Assembly (NCBI GenBank): GCA_964432405.1
Contig: CAYSNH010000004.1
Span: 10,737 to 42,736, forward strand
Length of the DNA: 32,000 nt
Direction of reading: 5' to 3'
DNA from: an uncultured Candidatus Saccharibacteria bacterium
Lineage (GTDB): Bacteria; Patescibacteriota; Minisyncoccia; UBA6257; UBA11618
Position numbers and translations under genes: made by a program. Positions 1 through 8,199 of the stretch are shown here, piece after piece. Each line of letters opens with the position of its first letter. Position 1 is the first letter of the stretch. Under the pieces are notes generated by a model. The model was given only the letters and a program-made list of their open reading frames with translations, searched no databases and had not been told where the DNA came from.

Positions 1-47
1 TGGTCGTATCAATGTGGCCGCTGAACCACCACAAGACTTTCAAGACG

Positions 48-1880
48 CTATAACTTCTTTAGCTGGAGACTAATTATTTCTTTTGCCGAGGGCCTCTCAT
101 TCTTATAGATAAAATAAGGACCACCTGATTCTTGCCAGATAAAGCCAGGAGGTGCTTCTATGGAAAATTCTAGACTGGTATTAACACCTGACTGTTTATC
201 AAAGATAAAATGATATAAGCCACTTTTTTGTTTTTCAATATAAAAACGGTTTTTATTCTTATATCTAACCTCTAAGCTTTTTGTTTTGCCAGCTGGCACA
301 TTGAACCAGGTATCAAAAACCTGCTTGCCAAACTGCTCACCATTTTCAATAGCAGCTAGATCAGGATCGGTCCTATAACCCCTTTTATAATTAACCCGAG
401 GTTTTATCTTCTTCTTGCTATCTCCAGTAATGCTTAATAATTTTGATCCTAGCGGAGTGAGAATCTGAATGTAGTTTTGGTTAGTTTTTCTGTACCAAGA
501 GTCTTTTTCATTTTGACCATTATGAGAGCGGGTAATTGTTAGATTATTTAATACCTCCCCCTTCTCATTTATCTTGCTTTCCAGATTGATTTTTTGATTG
601 ATAAAGGCATCACTTTTTCCACCAGCAATATTGGCATTAACTACCGCCAAATATTCACCAAAGAAATCTTCGGGTAGGCGAGTAACTTCTCCGCCAACGC
701 CCATGTTCTGAATAAAATTCTCCATTATCAGATCATCTAGATAGATCATAATGTCTTTTTTCTCAATTCGGTCTTTTACAATCTCTACCAAAGCCATCTT
801 TTCTTTTTCTTCTAACTTACCCAGTTTTTCAAAAACAATAGGGGTGGCGGTTTTAAGAACGTTTTTATTCTTATTAGTCTCAACATTAAGTTGAATTTCT
901 GAAAGGAAATTGTTGTGATCTAAAGTCATTTCATACTCCTTTAATTCAATGGGGCCGATTATTTTCAAAATATCGTTAATAACATGAACATTAATTGCTA
1001 CCACTCCATCAAACTTAGTTCCCTTGTCTTGATAAGTTTGAGAGATTTCTAATAGTTCAATAATTTTTTTGGCTGAGGTAGGAAAGTCAAAGAACCAGTT
1101 AGCATCTCTAGCTCCCCAGTTAGGAGTGATAGTTTGAAGAGCTTTAGGAGGAATAATCTTTTTCTTTAACTGACCATCAATATCATAAATATCATTAACC
1201 TCTAAATTGGTCATGCTAGCTTGATGAAGGGTTAGCTGTGCAAAGCTGCCGATAAATCCTCCAGCCGGCCTCATCTCAGAGGGGTTTTGAAAAATAACTA
1301 CCAAGTGATGAGGCTGCTTATCCTTCAGCCAGCCAATGAAGGATTCAAGAAATATTTTTGATGATTGAAGTTGATGGCTCATGGTCATTAACTCACCTCC
1401 AAGATTGAAATCAACCTCCTTGGCTTGTTTTTTAAGGTCATTTGTTAGAAGGGTTAATTTATTGATATCTCTTAACACCTCTTCCATCACTTTTATTAAT
1501 GATAGGCCTTTTTCTTGCAACACTAGCTCTGCCCCTTCTTTCTTTAGATGGTCTAATTTAACAGTGAGATTGGCGGCTGTGTTTGTGATCTCATCGATAT
1601 TATTGAATATAGGAGGCAGATTCCTTAAAACCGGTATAAATTTTGTGAGAGTAGGTAGTTGGTCTTGTAGTAGGTCAATCTCTTTTTTAACCATATCAAA
1701 ATGAGCAATCGCTCCATTTGGCTCCAGGTTAAATAAAGAAGCCAGCGCTTCTTTAAAACTTAGAGAGACGTTATCAGCGGAGGTTAGGGCTTGATCTTTA
1801 AACTCCTTCAAACCCACAAAAAAGACACCCGCTCCTATAGCCATTATTAGTATTAAAAAAATAATCGTTCTAAGCCTCAT
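48..1880 (-). CDS. DUF4012-domain membrane protein: N-terminal TM helix, coiled-coil region, large extracytoplasmic domain
   Basis: 610-aa ORF. N-terminal hydrophobic helix (IIFLILIMAIGAGVFFVGL). The motif NPSEMRPAGGFIGSF resembles the DUF4012 signature as I recall it. Start overlaps the stop of the upstream glycosyltransferase gene by 11 nt. Confidence 0.7.
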   Translation of the reverse strand: MRLRTIIFLILIMAIGAGVFFVGLKEFKDQALTSADNVSLSFKEALASLFNLEPNGAIAHFDMVKKEIDLLQDQLPTLTKFIPVLRNLPPIFNNIDEITNTAANLTVKLDHLKKEGAELVLQEKGLSLIKVMEEVLRDINKLTLLTNDLKKQAKEVDFNLGGELMTMSHQLQSSKIFLESFIGWLKDKQPHHLVVIFQNPSEMRPAGGFIGSFAQLTLHQASMTNLEVNDIYDIDGQLKKKIIPPKALQTITPNWGARDANWFFDFPTSAKKIIELLEISQTYQDKGTKFDGVVAINVHVINDILKIIGPIELKEYEMTLDHNNFLSEIQLNVETNKNKNVLKTATPIVFEKLGKLEEKEKMALVEIVKDRIEKKDIMIYLDDLIMENFIQNMGVGGEVTRLPEDFFGEYLAVVNANIAGGKSDAFINQKINLESKINEKGEVLNNLTITRSHNGQNEKDSWYRKTNQNYIQILTPLGSKLLSITGDSKKKIKPRVNYKRGYRTDPDLAAIENGEQFGKQVFDTWFNVPAGKTKSLEVRYKNKNRFYIEKQKSGLYHFIFDKQSGVNTSLEFSIEAPPGFIWQESGGPYFIYKNERPSAKEIISLQLKKL

Positions 1881-2967
1881 ATTCGTTAAAAATATTCAAT
1901 AATTGATGAGCTGATTTATCCCAACTAAATCGCTGTCTATTAATGAGCCCCGCCTCCTTTAATTTGTTTTTTAAGTTGGTAGTTAAGACTTCTTCTATCG
2001 TACCAGCTAGATCATGAATTCGCCATGGATCTATTAATCGGGCCGAATCACCCAAAACCTCAATCAAAGAGGTTCTTCGACTAGCAATAACCGGACAGCC
2101 ACAAGCTTGAGCTTCTAGGGGTGGTAGGCCAAAGCCTTCAAAAAAAGAAGGAAATATTAATGCTTCGGCTAGATTATATAATAATGGTCGATCTTTATCT
2201 TCCACTGACCCCCATAGAATAATATCTTCTTTATAGGGCGAGGCTTCGTAGGTCTTTAAAGTTTTTTTATACAACCATCCTAGGCGACCAGCCAAGACCA
2301 GCTTTAGATCCTTTAACTGACCATTGGCTTTCACGATATTAAAAGCTTTAATGATTGCGGCAACATTCTTTCTTGGCTCAATAGTACCGAGGTATAAGAT
2401 GAAAGGGGCTTGTAATGAAGAGGGTCTTTTAACATTTAAAACTTTAAACTTCTCATCAATTCCCAAAGGCACCACTCTTATCTTCTCCTCAGGCACTTTT
2501 AGAGTTTCAATTAGGTCTTGCTTGGTAAAGTTAGAGACGGCGGTAATTAGAGAAGCTTCTTTTATTTGAGATTTATAGTCTTGCAGCCAATGCCAGATCT
2601 GTGATTGGCGAGGAAAGAGGTGGGGGTAATGAATAAAAGAAAGATCATGAATAGTTAATATTCTTGGAACCTTGGTTTTTAATAGATTGAGATTAGGGCT
2701 AAATATCAGATCTGCTGGAGGGAGGGGAGATTTTTTCATAAAATGACTATTTAAATCAAACAACTTATTAGGCATTTTCCTATCAATTATTGTTGCCTTG
2801 TTAGGCCAGGTTGTTGGTAGCGGATGCTTTTTCCAGCCGTTATAAAATAGTTGATAGGAATTCTTTTTATCAATAGCTAAAAGATTGGATACCAAGTGCC
2901 TAGTATACTCCTCAATCCCTGATTGACCTCCTTTACTCAAAAGGCGAATATCGATAAGAATCTTCAT
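1870..2967 (-). CDS. Glycosyltransferase, GT-B fold family 4 (group 1 glycosyltransferase)
   Basis: 365-aa ORF with the C-terminal signature FPSFFEGFGLPPLEAQACGCPVIAS typical of GT4 enzymes. Co-oriented with and overlapping the DUF4012 gene. Confidence 0.85.
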   Translation of the reverse strand: MKILIDIRLLSKGGQSGIEEYTRHLVSNLLAIDKKNSYQLFYNGWKKHPLPTTWPNKATIIDRKMPNKLFDLNSHFMKKSPLPPADLIFSPNLNLLKTKVPRILTIHDLSFIHYPHLFPRQSQIWHWLQDYKSQIKEASLITAVSNFTKQDLIETLKVPEEKIRVVPLGIDEKFKVLNVKRPSSLQAPFILYLGTIEPRKNVAAIIKAFNIVKANGQLKDLKLVLAGRLGWLYKKTLKTYEASPYKEDIILWGSVEDKDRPLLYNLAEALIFPSFFEGFGLPPLEAQACGCPVIASRRTSLIEVLGDSARLIDPWRIHDLAGTIEEVLTTNLKNKLKEAGLINRQRFSWDKSAHQLLNIFNEYEA

Positions 2968-3010
2968 TGCCTTAAGAAAAGCAGAAAATAATCAGATACT
3001 CAATTTTTAC

Positions 3011-3039
3011 TTGCCAATCTAATAAAAATACTCTATTAT
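3011..3039 (+). promoter_or_regulatory. Putative sigma70-type promoter of rplS (TTGCCA-17-TATTAT) in leaderless-like geometry
   Basis: TTGCCA at 3011-3016, 17-nt spacer, TATTAT at 3034-3039. The ATG at 3049 is 9 nt downstream, with no Shine-Dalgarno in between. Confidence 0.45.
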
Positions 3040-3048
3040 CTAACTACT

Positions 3049-3372
3049 ATGATTGATGAGAAAATTATTGATCAAATAAGGCCCGGCGCTACAGTTCTCG
3101 TACAGGAGATCATTAAAGATGGTGATAAAAAGAGAGCTAGTAACTTCAAGGGTATCGTTTTAGCTAGAAAGCACGGTAAAGAAATCGGAGCTACTTTTAC
3201 CGTTCGCTCAATTATCTCTGGTGAGGGTGTAGAGAAGGTTTATCCTATTAACTCGCCAAGGATTGGTAAAGTGGAAATTATCTCTACTCCTGGTAGAGTA
3301 CGTCGTTCTAAACTATACTTTTTACGTAGCCTGTCAGCTAAGCAGATTAGACAGAAGCTAGGTTCAAAATAA
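3049..3372 (+). CDS. rplS: 50S ribosomal protein L19
   Basis: 107-aa ORF; sequence (RPGATVLVQEIIKDGDKKRASNFKGIVLARKHG...RIGKVEII) matches the bL19 family pattern. Confidence 0.95.
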   Translation: MIDEKIIDQIRPGATVLVQEIIKDGDKKRASNFKGIVLARKHGKEIGATFTVRSIISGEGVEKVYPINSPRIGKVEIISTPGRVRRSKLYFLRSLSAKQIRQKLGSK

Positions 3373-3455
3373 GCGCGAGTGGCGGAACGGTAGACGCGCA
3401 AGCTTGAGGGGCTTGTGGGAGCAATCCCGTGGAGGTTCAAATCCTCTCTCGCGCA
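3373..3455 (+). tRNA. tRNA-Leu (anticodon GAG), class II with long variable arm
   Basis: Hand-folded cloverleaf. Acceptor GCGCGAG/CTCGCGC. Anticodon stem CAAGC/GCTTG with loop TTGAGGG gives GAG. Long variable arm. T-arm GGAGG-TTCAAAT-CCTCT. Discriminator A. No encoded CCA. Confidence 0.9.
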
Positions 3456-3470
3456 CTATATAATATAAAT

Positions 3471-3986
3471 ATGAAACATTTAGACCCTAAAGCCATTTGG
3501 CTCTTCTTTATTGGATTAGTAATTGGTTGGACTATTATGATGTTCTTTTTATCTTTTTGGATTGCTGGTGTTACAATCGCCTCTTTGCAAATAGGAGAGG
3601 ATTATAGTGTGGGCCCCTTTCTTACACTCTTCATGATATTTCTGGTTGGTTTTTATGCTGCTCTTTATTTCTGGGCTAAGCTATCATACCAAAATTATAA
3701 GTATCAATTGAGACCCGAAGGTTTTTATAAAGAATACGGCGTTATTTGGAAGAAGTACGTCACCATTCCTTATAGTCGCATTCAAAACGTTGATATCTAT
3801 AGAGGTTTAATCGTTCGTCTTCTAGGCCTTTCTGATCTTCACATTCAAACCGCTGGCATGAGCTTTACGGGCAAAAGAGGATCTCGTTCAGAAGGTCGTC
3901 TTCCGGGCCTTAGCATCAAAGAAGCTACTATGATTAGAGATGATTTAATCAAACGCTCTCAAAAGTCTAGTGCCCAGGGGCTTTAA
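3471..3986 (+). CDS. Membrane protein with bacterial PH domain (bPH_2 / YdbS-like, DUF304)
   Basis: Two N-terminal TM helices followed by YSRIQNVDIYRGLIVRLLGLSDLHIQTAG, typical of bPH_2. The track start at 3429 lies inside the tRNA-Leu gene, so I trimmed to the ATG at 3471. TATAAT at 3459-3464 sits 6 nt upstream. Confidence 0.7.
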   Translation: MKHLDPKAIWLFFIGLVIGWTIMMFFLSFWIAGVTIASLQIGEDYSVGPFLTLFMIFLVGFYAALYFWAKLSYQNYKYQLRPEGFYKEYGVIWKKYVTIPYSRIQNVDIYRGLIVRLLGLSDLHIQTAGMSFTGKRGSRSEGRLPGLSIKEATMIRDDLIKRSQKSSAQGL

Positions 3987-3992
3987 GTTTAT

Positions 3993-4020
3993 TTGACTTT
4001 TTTAATAAAAGTAGTATAAT
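3993..4020 (+). promoter_or_regulatory. Promoter of small-ORF module A (TTGACT-16-TATAAT)
   Basis: TTGACT at 3993-3998, TATAAT at 4015-4020. Followed by a leader of about 35 nt and AAGGAG at 4054-4059. Confidence 0.5.
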
Positions 4021-4065
4021 ATAGGCAGTTCTTCAGTTTTTGTAACCTGCATAAAGGAGTAATGC

Positions 4066-4320
4066 ATGTTTTGTCAATATTGTGATGTTGATTTGAACGA
4101 AGAAAACTCTTCGGAGGTGACAGTGATGTATAATCTCTGTTCCGAATGTTTTCATAATTCTGACACCTTGATTTATTTTAGTCATGGTGAAACGGCTGAT
4201 CAGTCTCAGTCATCAGGAGAGAATCAAGACTTTCCTCTTTTGAAACCAAGAAAAGAAGAAGCGGTTGAGGAGTTTGATTCTTTTGATGATTGGAATTTGA
4301 AAACACAAAAGCCTCGTTGA
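4066..4320 (+). CDS. Small hypothetical protein with an N-terminal CxxC...CxxC zinc-ribbon-like motif and an acidic tail (module A)
   Basis: 84-aa ORF. CQYC...CSEC pair. AAGGAG 6 nt upstream of the ATG. Own promoter and terminator. Host-like AT-rich composition (21 G+C in line 4141-4200). Confidence 0.5.
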   Translation: MFCQYCDVDLNEENSSEVTVMYNLCSECFHNSDTLIYFSHGETADQSQSSGENQDFPLLKPRKEEAVEEFDSFDDWNLKTQKPR

Positions 4321-4324
4321 GCTT

Positions 4325-4353
4325 GGGCCCACGCTAGTGTGGGCCCTTTTTTT
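4325..4353 (+). terminator. Rho-independent terminator of module A
   Basis: GGGCCCAC / GTGGGCCC 8-bp GC stem with a 6-nt loop, followed by TTTTTTT. Confidence 0.75.
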
Positions 4354-4386
4354 ATTCTTTAAATTAGTTATATTAAATATTACCTT

Positions 4387-5232
4387 ATGTCCAAGATATT
4401 AATTGTTGATAGTGGAGCAACTAAGACCAGTTGGCTTTATTGCTGCGATGGAGAAAAGAAGCTGCTTAACACCAAGGGGCTTAATCCTTATTTTGTTAGC
4501 GTTTCTGACATTACTAAAATCATTCAAGATACCTTTGCTCCTTTAGGAATTAAAGAGATTGATCATTTATTTTTTTATGGAGCCGATTGTGATGGCGAGC
4601 TTTCAAAGCAGAAGATTAGCCAGGGCTTGAAAAACTATTTTGTTGTAAAGGATCTTTATATAGAGGGAGATCTTTTAGGATCTGCTCGGGCTGCGTGTGG
4701 CAATGAATCAGGAGTCTGTTGCATTTTAGGGACCGGGTCTAACGCTTGTATTTATGATGGAAAAGAAATAACACAGTCTATTGGTGGGCTGGGGTATGTT
4801 TTAGGCGACGAGGGTAGTGGCGCTTATCTAGGTCGCCTATTAGTTCGCAAAGTTTTGAATAGACAGTTGAGCAACGATTTATTAAATAAATTTTTCAAAG
4901 AGTATTCGCTAACCCCTGCCCTTATTCTTGACCAAGTTTACTCTCCTAATCGATCCAGTTATTTTCTAGCTAGCCTAACTCACTTTCTTAAGCAAAATAA
5001 CGACCAACCTGAGATTAGGGAGATTATTAAGCAAAGTTTCGATGACTTTATTAAAGCCAACATTCTTCTTTTACCTAAGTACAAACAATATAAGATTAAC
5101 TCTATTGGCTCGATCGGCTTTTATTTCAAGGAGTTCTTTATATTAGCCTGCAAGGATCATGAGTTGGAGGTGGGGCAGGTGATAGATAGGCCGATAGATC
5201 TCTTGTATCAATTTCACATTAATAATAGCTAA
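4387..5232 (+). CDS. BadF/BadG/BcrA/BcrD-type ATPase, N-acetylglucosamine kinase-like sugar kinase
   Basis: 281-aa ORF with the ASKHA-fold motifs DSGATKT, ILGTGSN and GGLGYVLGDEGSGAYLG. Confidence 0.75.
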   Translation: MSKILIVDSGATKTSWLYCCDGEKKLLNTKGLNPYFVSVSDITKIIQDTFAPLGIKEIDHLFFYGADCDGELSKQKISQGLKNYFVVKDLYIEGDLLGSARAACGNESGVCCILGTGSNACIYDGKEITQSIGGLGYVLGDEGSGAYLGRLLVRKVLNRQLSNDLLNKFFKEYSLTPALILDQVYSPNRSSYFLASLTHFLKQNNDQPEIREIIKQSFDDFIKANILLLPKYKQYKINSIGSIGFYFKEFFILACKDHELEVGQVIDRPIDLLYQFHINNS

Positions 5233-5267
5233 AATCTAACATTGACAGAAAATGGCTTTAGGGGGGG

Positions 5268-5295
5268 TTGACTTTTTTTTATATTAATATATAAT
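5268..5295 (+). promoter_or_regulatory. Promoter of GC-rich module B (TTGACT-16-TATAAT)
   Basis: TTGACT at 5268-5273, TATAAT at 5290-5295. The leader contains the hairpin CGTACC(5304-5309)/GGTACG(5318-5323). AAGGAG at 5344-5349. Confidence 0.55.
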
Positions 5296-5357
5296 AGGGC
5301 AATCGTACCTGAGGATGGGTACGGAGTACGTTAACTTTTTTAGAAGGAGTGCATGCT

Positions 5358-5882
5358 ATGCACGAAGGCGAACAAGTTGGTCAAGGCGGAGCAACGGCAA
5401 CTATTGATCGTTCAGTCCCGGCGGAAAAGAGCGGCGACGGTTTCAAGGCTGTCATTGCGGATTTGATCACTACTCCTGACAGAGTGGCGCTGATCATCTC
5501 GACCAGGCTCACCGGCCAGGAAATGCCCGAGGAGACGAGCGAACTTTCCGCTTCGGAAGTCCAGTTGGTCAAGTATCTTGATCAGCTCGTCCAATGTGGC
5601 AACGAAAAGGCGTTGTCGGAGATACAGGTCGTTGTGAAAAGCGAGGCTTTTCTTCATCAAGTGGATGATGCTGTGAAGCTCATCCAAGGCGACCAGGAAA
5701 GCGTCGCAATTGAAGAGAGGGCTCACGAATCCTCCGAGAAGCTGAAGAGCTTCATTATTGAGGGAGCGATGAAGGCCGCAACTCCGGCTGAGAGCTGGGA
5801 AGTTGAATCGACGCAAGAAGCCAAGACGATTACTGCGATAGCAAGATTGCTGCAGCATCTCGTGTCCTTGCGCTGCGCTTGA
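5358..5882 (+). CDS. Orphan acidic 174-aa protein, GC-rich (module B)
   Basis: The ATG at 5358 is 8 nt after AAGGAG. The track GTG at 5349 overlaps the SD, so I rejected it. G-rich first codon positions (GAA/GGC/GTT/GCG) support coding. 34 G+C in line 5401-5460. No signal peptide or TM segment. No family recognised. Confidence 0.55.
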   Translation: MHEGEQVGQGGATATIDRSVPAEKSGDGFKAVIADLITTPDRVALIISTRLTGQEMPEETSELSASEVQLVKYLDQLVQCGNEKALSEIQVVVKSEAFLHQVDDAVKLIQGDQESVAIEERAHESSEKLKSFIIEGAMKAATPAESWEVESTQEAKTITAIARLLQHLVSLRCA

Positions 5883-5922
5883 TCCTTCTGATCGACGACC
5901 TCTTTTTTGAGATGTCGTGCCG

Positions 5923-5954
5923 CCCCCTGTAGCTTAGGCTGCAGGGGGTTTTTT
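5923..5954 (+). terminator. Rho-independent terminator of module B
   Basis: CCCCCTGTAGC / GCTGCAGGGGG 11-bp stem (one G-U pair), loop TTAG, then TTTTTT. Confidence 0.8.
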
Positions 5955-6003
5955 ATTTCAATAAAGCTTTCCAAAAGCAGTTTTTTGTTTTATTATTTTC
6001 AAT

Positions 6004-6549
6004 GTGAAAGAGTATTGTACTGAGGCTATCGTTTTAGATAAAGAAGATCTTGGGGAGCTTGATTCACGAGTCTTTTTTTATACTAAGAGTCTTGGCAAGG
6101 TGGTTGGTAAAGCCACTAGTGCTCGAAAGATAACATCAAAACTCAATGCTCATTTAGAACCCTTAAATCTAGTTCAATTAAGACTGATTCATAAGAATAA
6201 TTTTCAGATTATTGACGCCCTAACTATTGATCGTTTTTCTGCCTTGCGTCATCCAGATCGACTTCCTCAGATTCTCAATCTCTTGTCTTTTATAAAGGAA
6301 ATGACTTTTGAGGAACAAGATGATTTCGAATTATGGAGTGCTTTCAAAGACATTCTCTATTCAGAAAAGATTACTTATCAGTTCTTATTAAGATCATTAG
6401 GCTTTGATCCGCAGTTTGCTCTTTGTGACACTTGTCAGAAAAAACCTCATTATTTTATTGCTCAAGACTTCAGTTTTTGTTGTCAGCAATGTCTAACCGA
6501 AGCAAATAATAATAAAGTATGCTTAAAATCCTATATACCATTGTCTTAA
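6004..6549 (+). CDS. recO: DNA repair protein RecO
   Basis: 181 aa. N-terminal OB-fold-like sequence (AIVLDKEDLGELDSRVFFYTKSLGKVVGKA). C-terminal Cys pairs (CDTC...CCQQC). GTG start. TATTAT at 5991-5996 is 7 nt upstream. Confidence 0.8.
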   Translation: MKEYCTEAIVLDKEDLGELDSRVFFYTKSLGKVVGKATSARKITSKLNAHLEPLNLVQLRLIHKNNFQIIDALTIDRFSALRHPDRLPQILNLLSFIKEMTFEEQDDFELWSAFKDILYSEKITYQFLLRSLGFDPQFALCDTCQKKPHYFIAQDFSFCCQQCLTEANNNKVCLKSYIPLS

Positions 6550-8189
6550 TAGTTATTTTAGCCGGTTTGGCCTATTTCGGCTTTTACTGGTTCACTCATG
6601 ATAATAGTGGGTTGGTTTTGGAGTTTAATGGTCCAGAATCGGTACCAATTGGTATGCCTTTTGATTTAGAGGTTGGAGTCAACAACAACTCCAGTCAGGT
6701 TTTGAATAATGCTAAACTTCTTCTTTCGGTACCTAAGGGCATAGTTTTTGTTGGTAGGTCGATTGATGAAAATATCATTTCTCGCAAGATTGGTAATGTT
6801 GGCGTGGGTAGTTTAACTAGTCAAAAATTTAAATTATTAATTCTTAAAGGAAAAGAGGATGATATTAAAAATATCACAGCGACCATTGATTATTCGCCAG
6901 AGGATGTCAAAACTCGTTTTCAAAAAAGATCGAGTTGGCAAACACCAATTATGGGAGAGGCTCTTGAGTTAATAGGCGTGCTACCAGAAAAAATTACCAG
7001 CGGCAAAGTGGTTGAGTTGAAGATAGATTATAAGAACAATAGCCCTATTGATTTAGATGATCTTATTTTAAAGATTAAATACCCAGAATCATTCCAATTT
7101 CAAAGAGCTACCTTAAAGCCTGATGAGGGTAATAACGAGTGGCATCTTGGAGGTCTTCACCCTGGCTCATCTAATGACTTCGTTATTATTGGTAAGCTGG
7201 TTGGTCCAGAAAACGGATTTTTTGATTTTAAGGCCACCGTCACAAGTGAGTTAGATGGTCGCAAATATATTATTAGCGAAAAGGTTATCAATACCTCTAT
7301 TAAAGTTGCTCCTATAGATCTAGGCTTTTCAGTTAACAACTCTACCAATCACATCGCCAAAACCGATGAAGAATTAAATTACTCTATCAATTATCGCTAC
7401 CTCACCCGTTCTCAGGGCAATGATCCTGTGGTTAAGGCTAAGTTAAGTGGCAAGATGTTTGATTTTGAATCTCTTAAGATAGGTGATAATGGCCAGTTAG
7501 ATGATCGGACCAATACTATCATCTGGCAATTAGATGACGGGGTTCAGTCTGGTAGTGTTAATTTCTCCATAAAAACTCAACCTAAATATCCTATTAGAAG
7601 AGCTGGTGATCGCAACTTTGTTTTAAAGGTGGACGCTCAGTTTGAAGATAGTTCTCACGCAACTGTTAGCCGCTCTGAAACAAAGGTTGCTGGTCAAATA
7701 GAAGTTGATACCAAGGGCTACTTCCGCGACGCAAAGGGCAAGGTGGTTAATAATGGCTCTCTTCCTCCTCAGGTTGGTAAGCCAACTGAGTTTAGTATTC
7801 ATTGGGATATTACCAACTACGCTACCGATGTTAGCGATGTTAAAGTTACCGCCCGACTTCCTAGTCATGTAGAATTTGTTGGAGTTAAGAGTGAGACGGA
7901 TGGGAGTCTTAGTTTCGACGAAGATTCTCCAGAATTCTTAACTTGGGAGATAGATAAGATTTCTGCTACCAAAGGAGTTATTAGCAAGCCGGTCACAGCT
8001 ATTTTTCAGATAAGAGCCGTACCAACTAAGGAGATGATTGGTAAGCACATGTCATTAATAGGGCCAACTACTATTAGCGCTACCGATAAATTTACCGACT
8101 CTCCATTGAGTGGCGGTGATGATTCTTTAACTACCGAGCTAACTGATGACCCTACTTTAAGTGCTTCGGATGGAATTGTGGTAGAATAA
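6519..8189 (+). CDS. Large N-terminally anchored extracytoplasmic protein, beta-rich repeats (tentatively DUF11/CARDB-like)
   Basis: 556-aa ORF with a single N-terminal TM helix (ILYTIVLIVILAGLAYFGFYWF). Repetitive beta-strand-like segments. No catalytic motif recognised. Overlaps the recO 3' end by 31 nt. Confidence 0.6.
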   Translation: MLKILYTIVLIVILAGLAYFGFYWFTHDNSGLVLEFNGPESVPIGMPFDLEVGVNNNSSQVLNNAKLLLSVPKGIVFVGRSIDENIISRKIGNVGVGSLTSQKFKLLILKGKEDDIKNITATIDYSPEDVKTRFQKRSSWQTPIMGEALELIGVLPEKITSGKVVELKIDYKNNSPIDLDDLILKIKYPESFQFQRATLKPDEGNNEWHLGGLHPGSSNDFVIIGKLVGPENGFFDFKATVTSELDGRKYIISEKVINTSIKVAPIDLGFSVNNSTNHIAKTDEELNYSINYRYLTRSQGNDPVVKAKLSGKMFDFESLKIGDNGQLDDRTNTIIWQLDDGVQSGSVNFSIKTQPKYPIRRAGDRNFVLKVDAQFEDSSHATVSRSETKVAGQIEVDTKGYFRDAKGKVVNNGSLPPQVGKPTEFSIHWDITNYATDVSDVKVTARLPSHVEFVGVKSETDGSLSFDEDSPEFLTWEIDKISATKGVISKPVTAIFQIRAVPTKEMIGKHMSLIGPTTISATDKFTDSPLSGGDDSLTTELTDDPTLSASDGIVVE

Positions 8190-8199
8190 ATAAAATATT

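Noticed and set aside
1-52. Possible 3' end of a plus-strand gene entering from the left edge (frame 2, stop at 50-52)
   Set aside because: Only 17 codons are visible, which is too short to support any call.
1381-1704. Antisense or alternate-frame ORFs inside larger genes (1381-1704, 2324-2569, 7157-7348, 7623-7868, 8287-8499, 8563-8862, 8703-8906, 9241-9423, 12246-12467, 12791-13015, 15615-15821, 15930-16142, 16304-16519, 18450-18746, 18918-19127, 19937-20125, 21722-21931, 22157-22345, 24852-25070, 29828-30052, 30211-30393)
   Set aside because: Each lies entirely within a longer ORF that has clear family motifs. Their products are low-complexity or lack any recognisable motif, and none has start signals.
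3429-3470. Upstream start of the PH-domain ORF, and the minus-strand ORF at 3240-3440
   Set aside because: Both overlap the well-folded tRNA-Leu gene and/or rplS, and the ATG at 3471 has its own -10 element.
5242-5247. A second TTGACA 21 nt upstream of the module B promoter
   Set aside because: No -10-like hexamer lies at 16-18 nt spacing; what follows is GGGTTG.
5381-5974. Three long minus-strand ORFs (5381-5572, 5412-5858, 5723-5974) overlapping module B
   Set aside because: They are most likely by-products of local GC richness, which leaves few AT-rich stop codons. The promoter, SD and terminator all serve the plus strand. The plus-strand frame shows G-rich first codon positions. None of the minus-strand ORFs has an SD or promoter.
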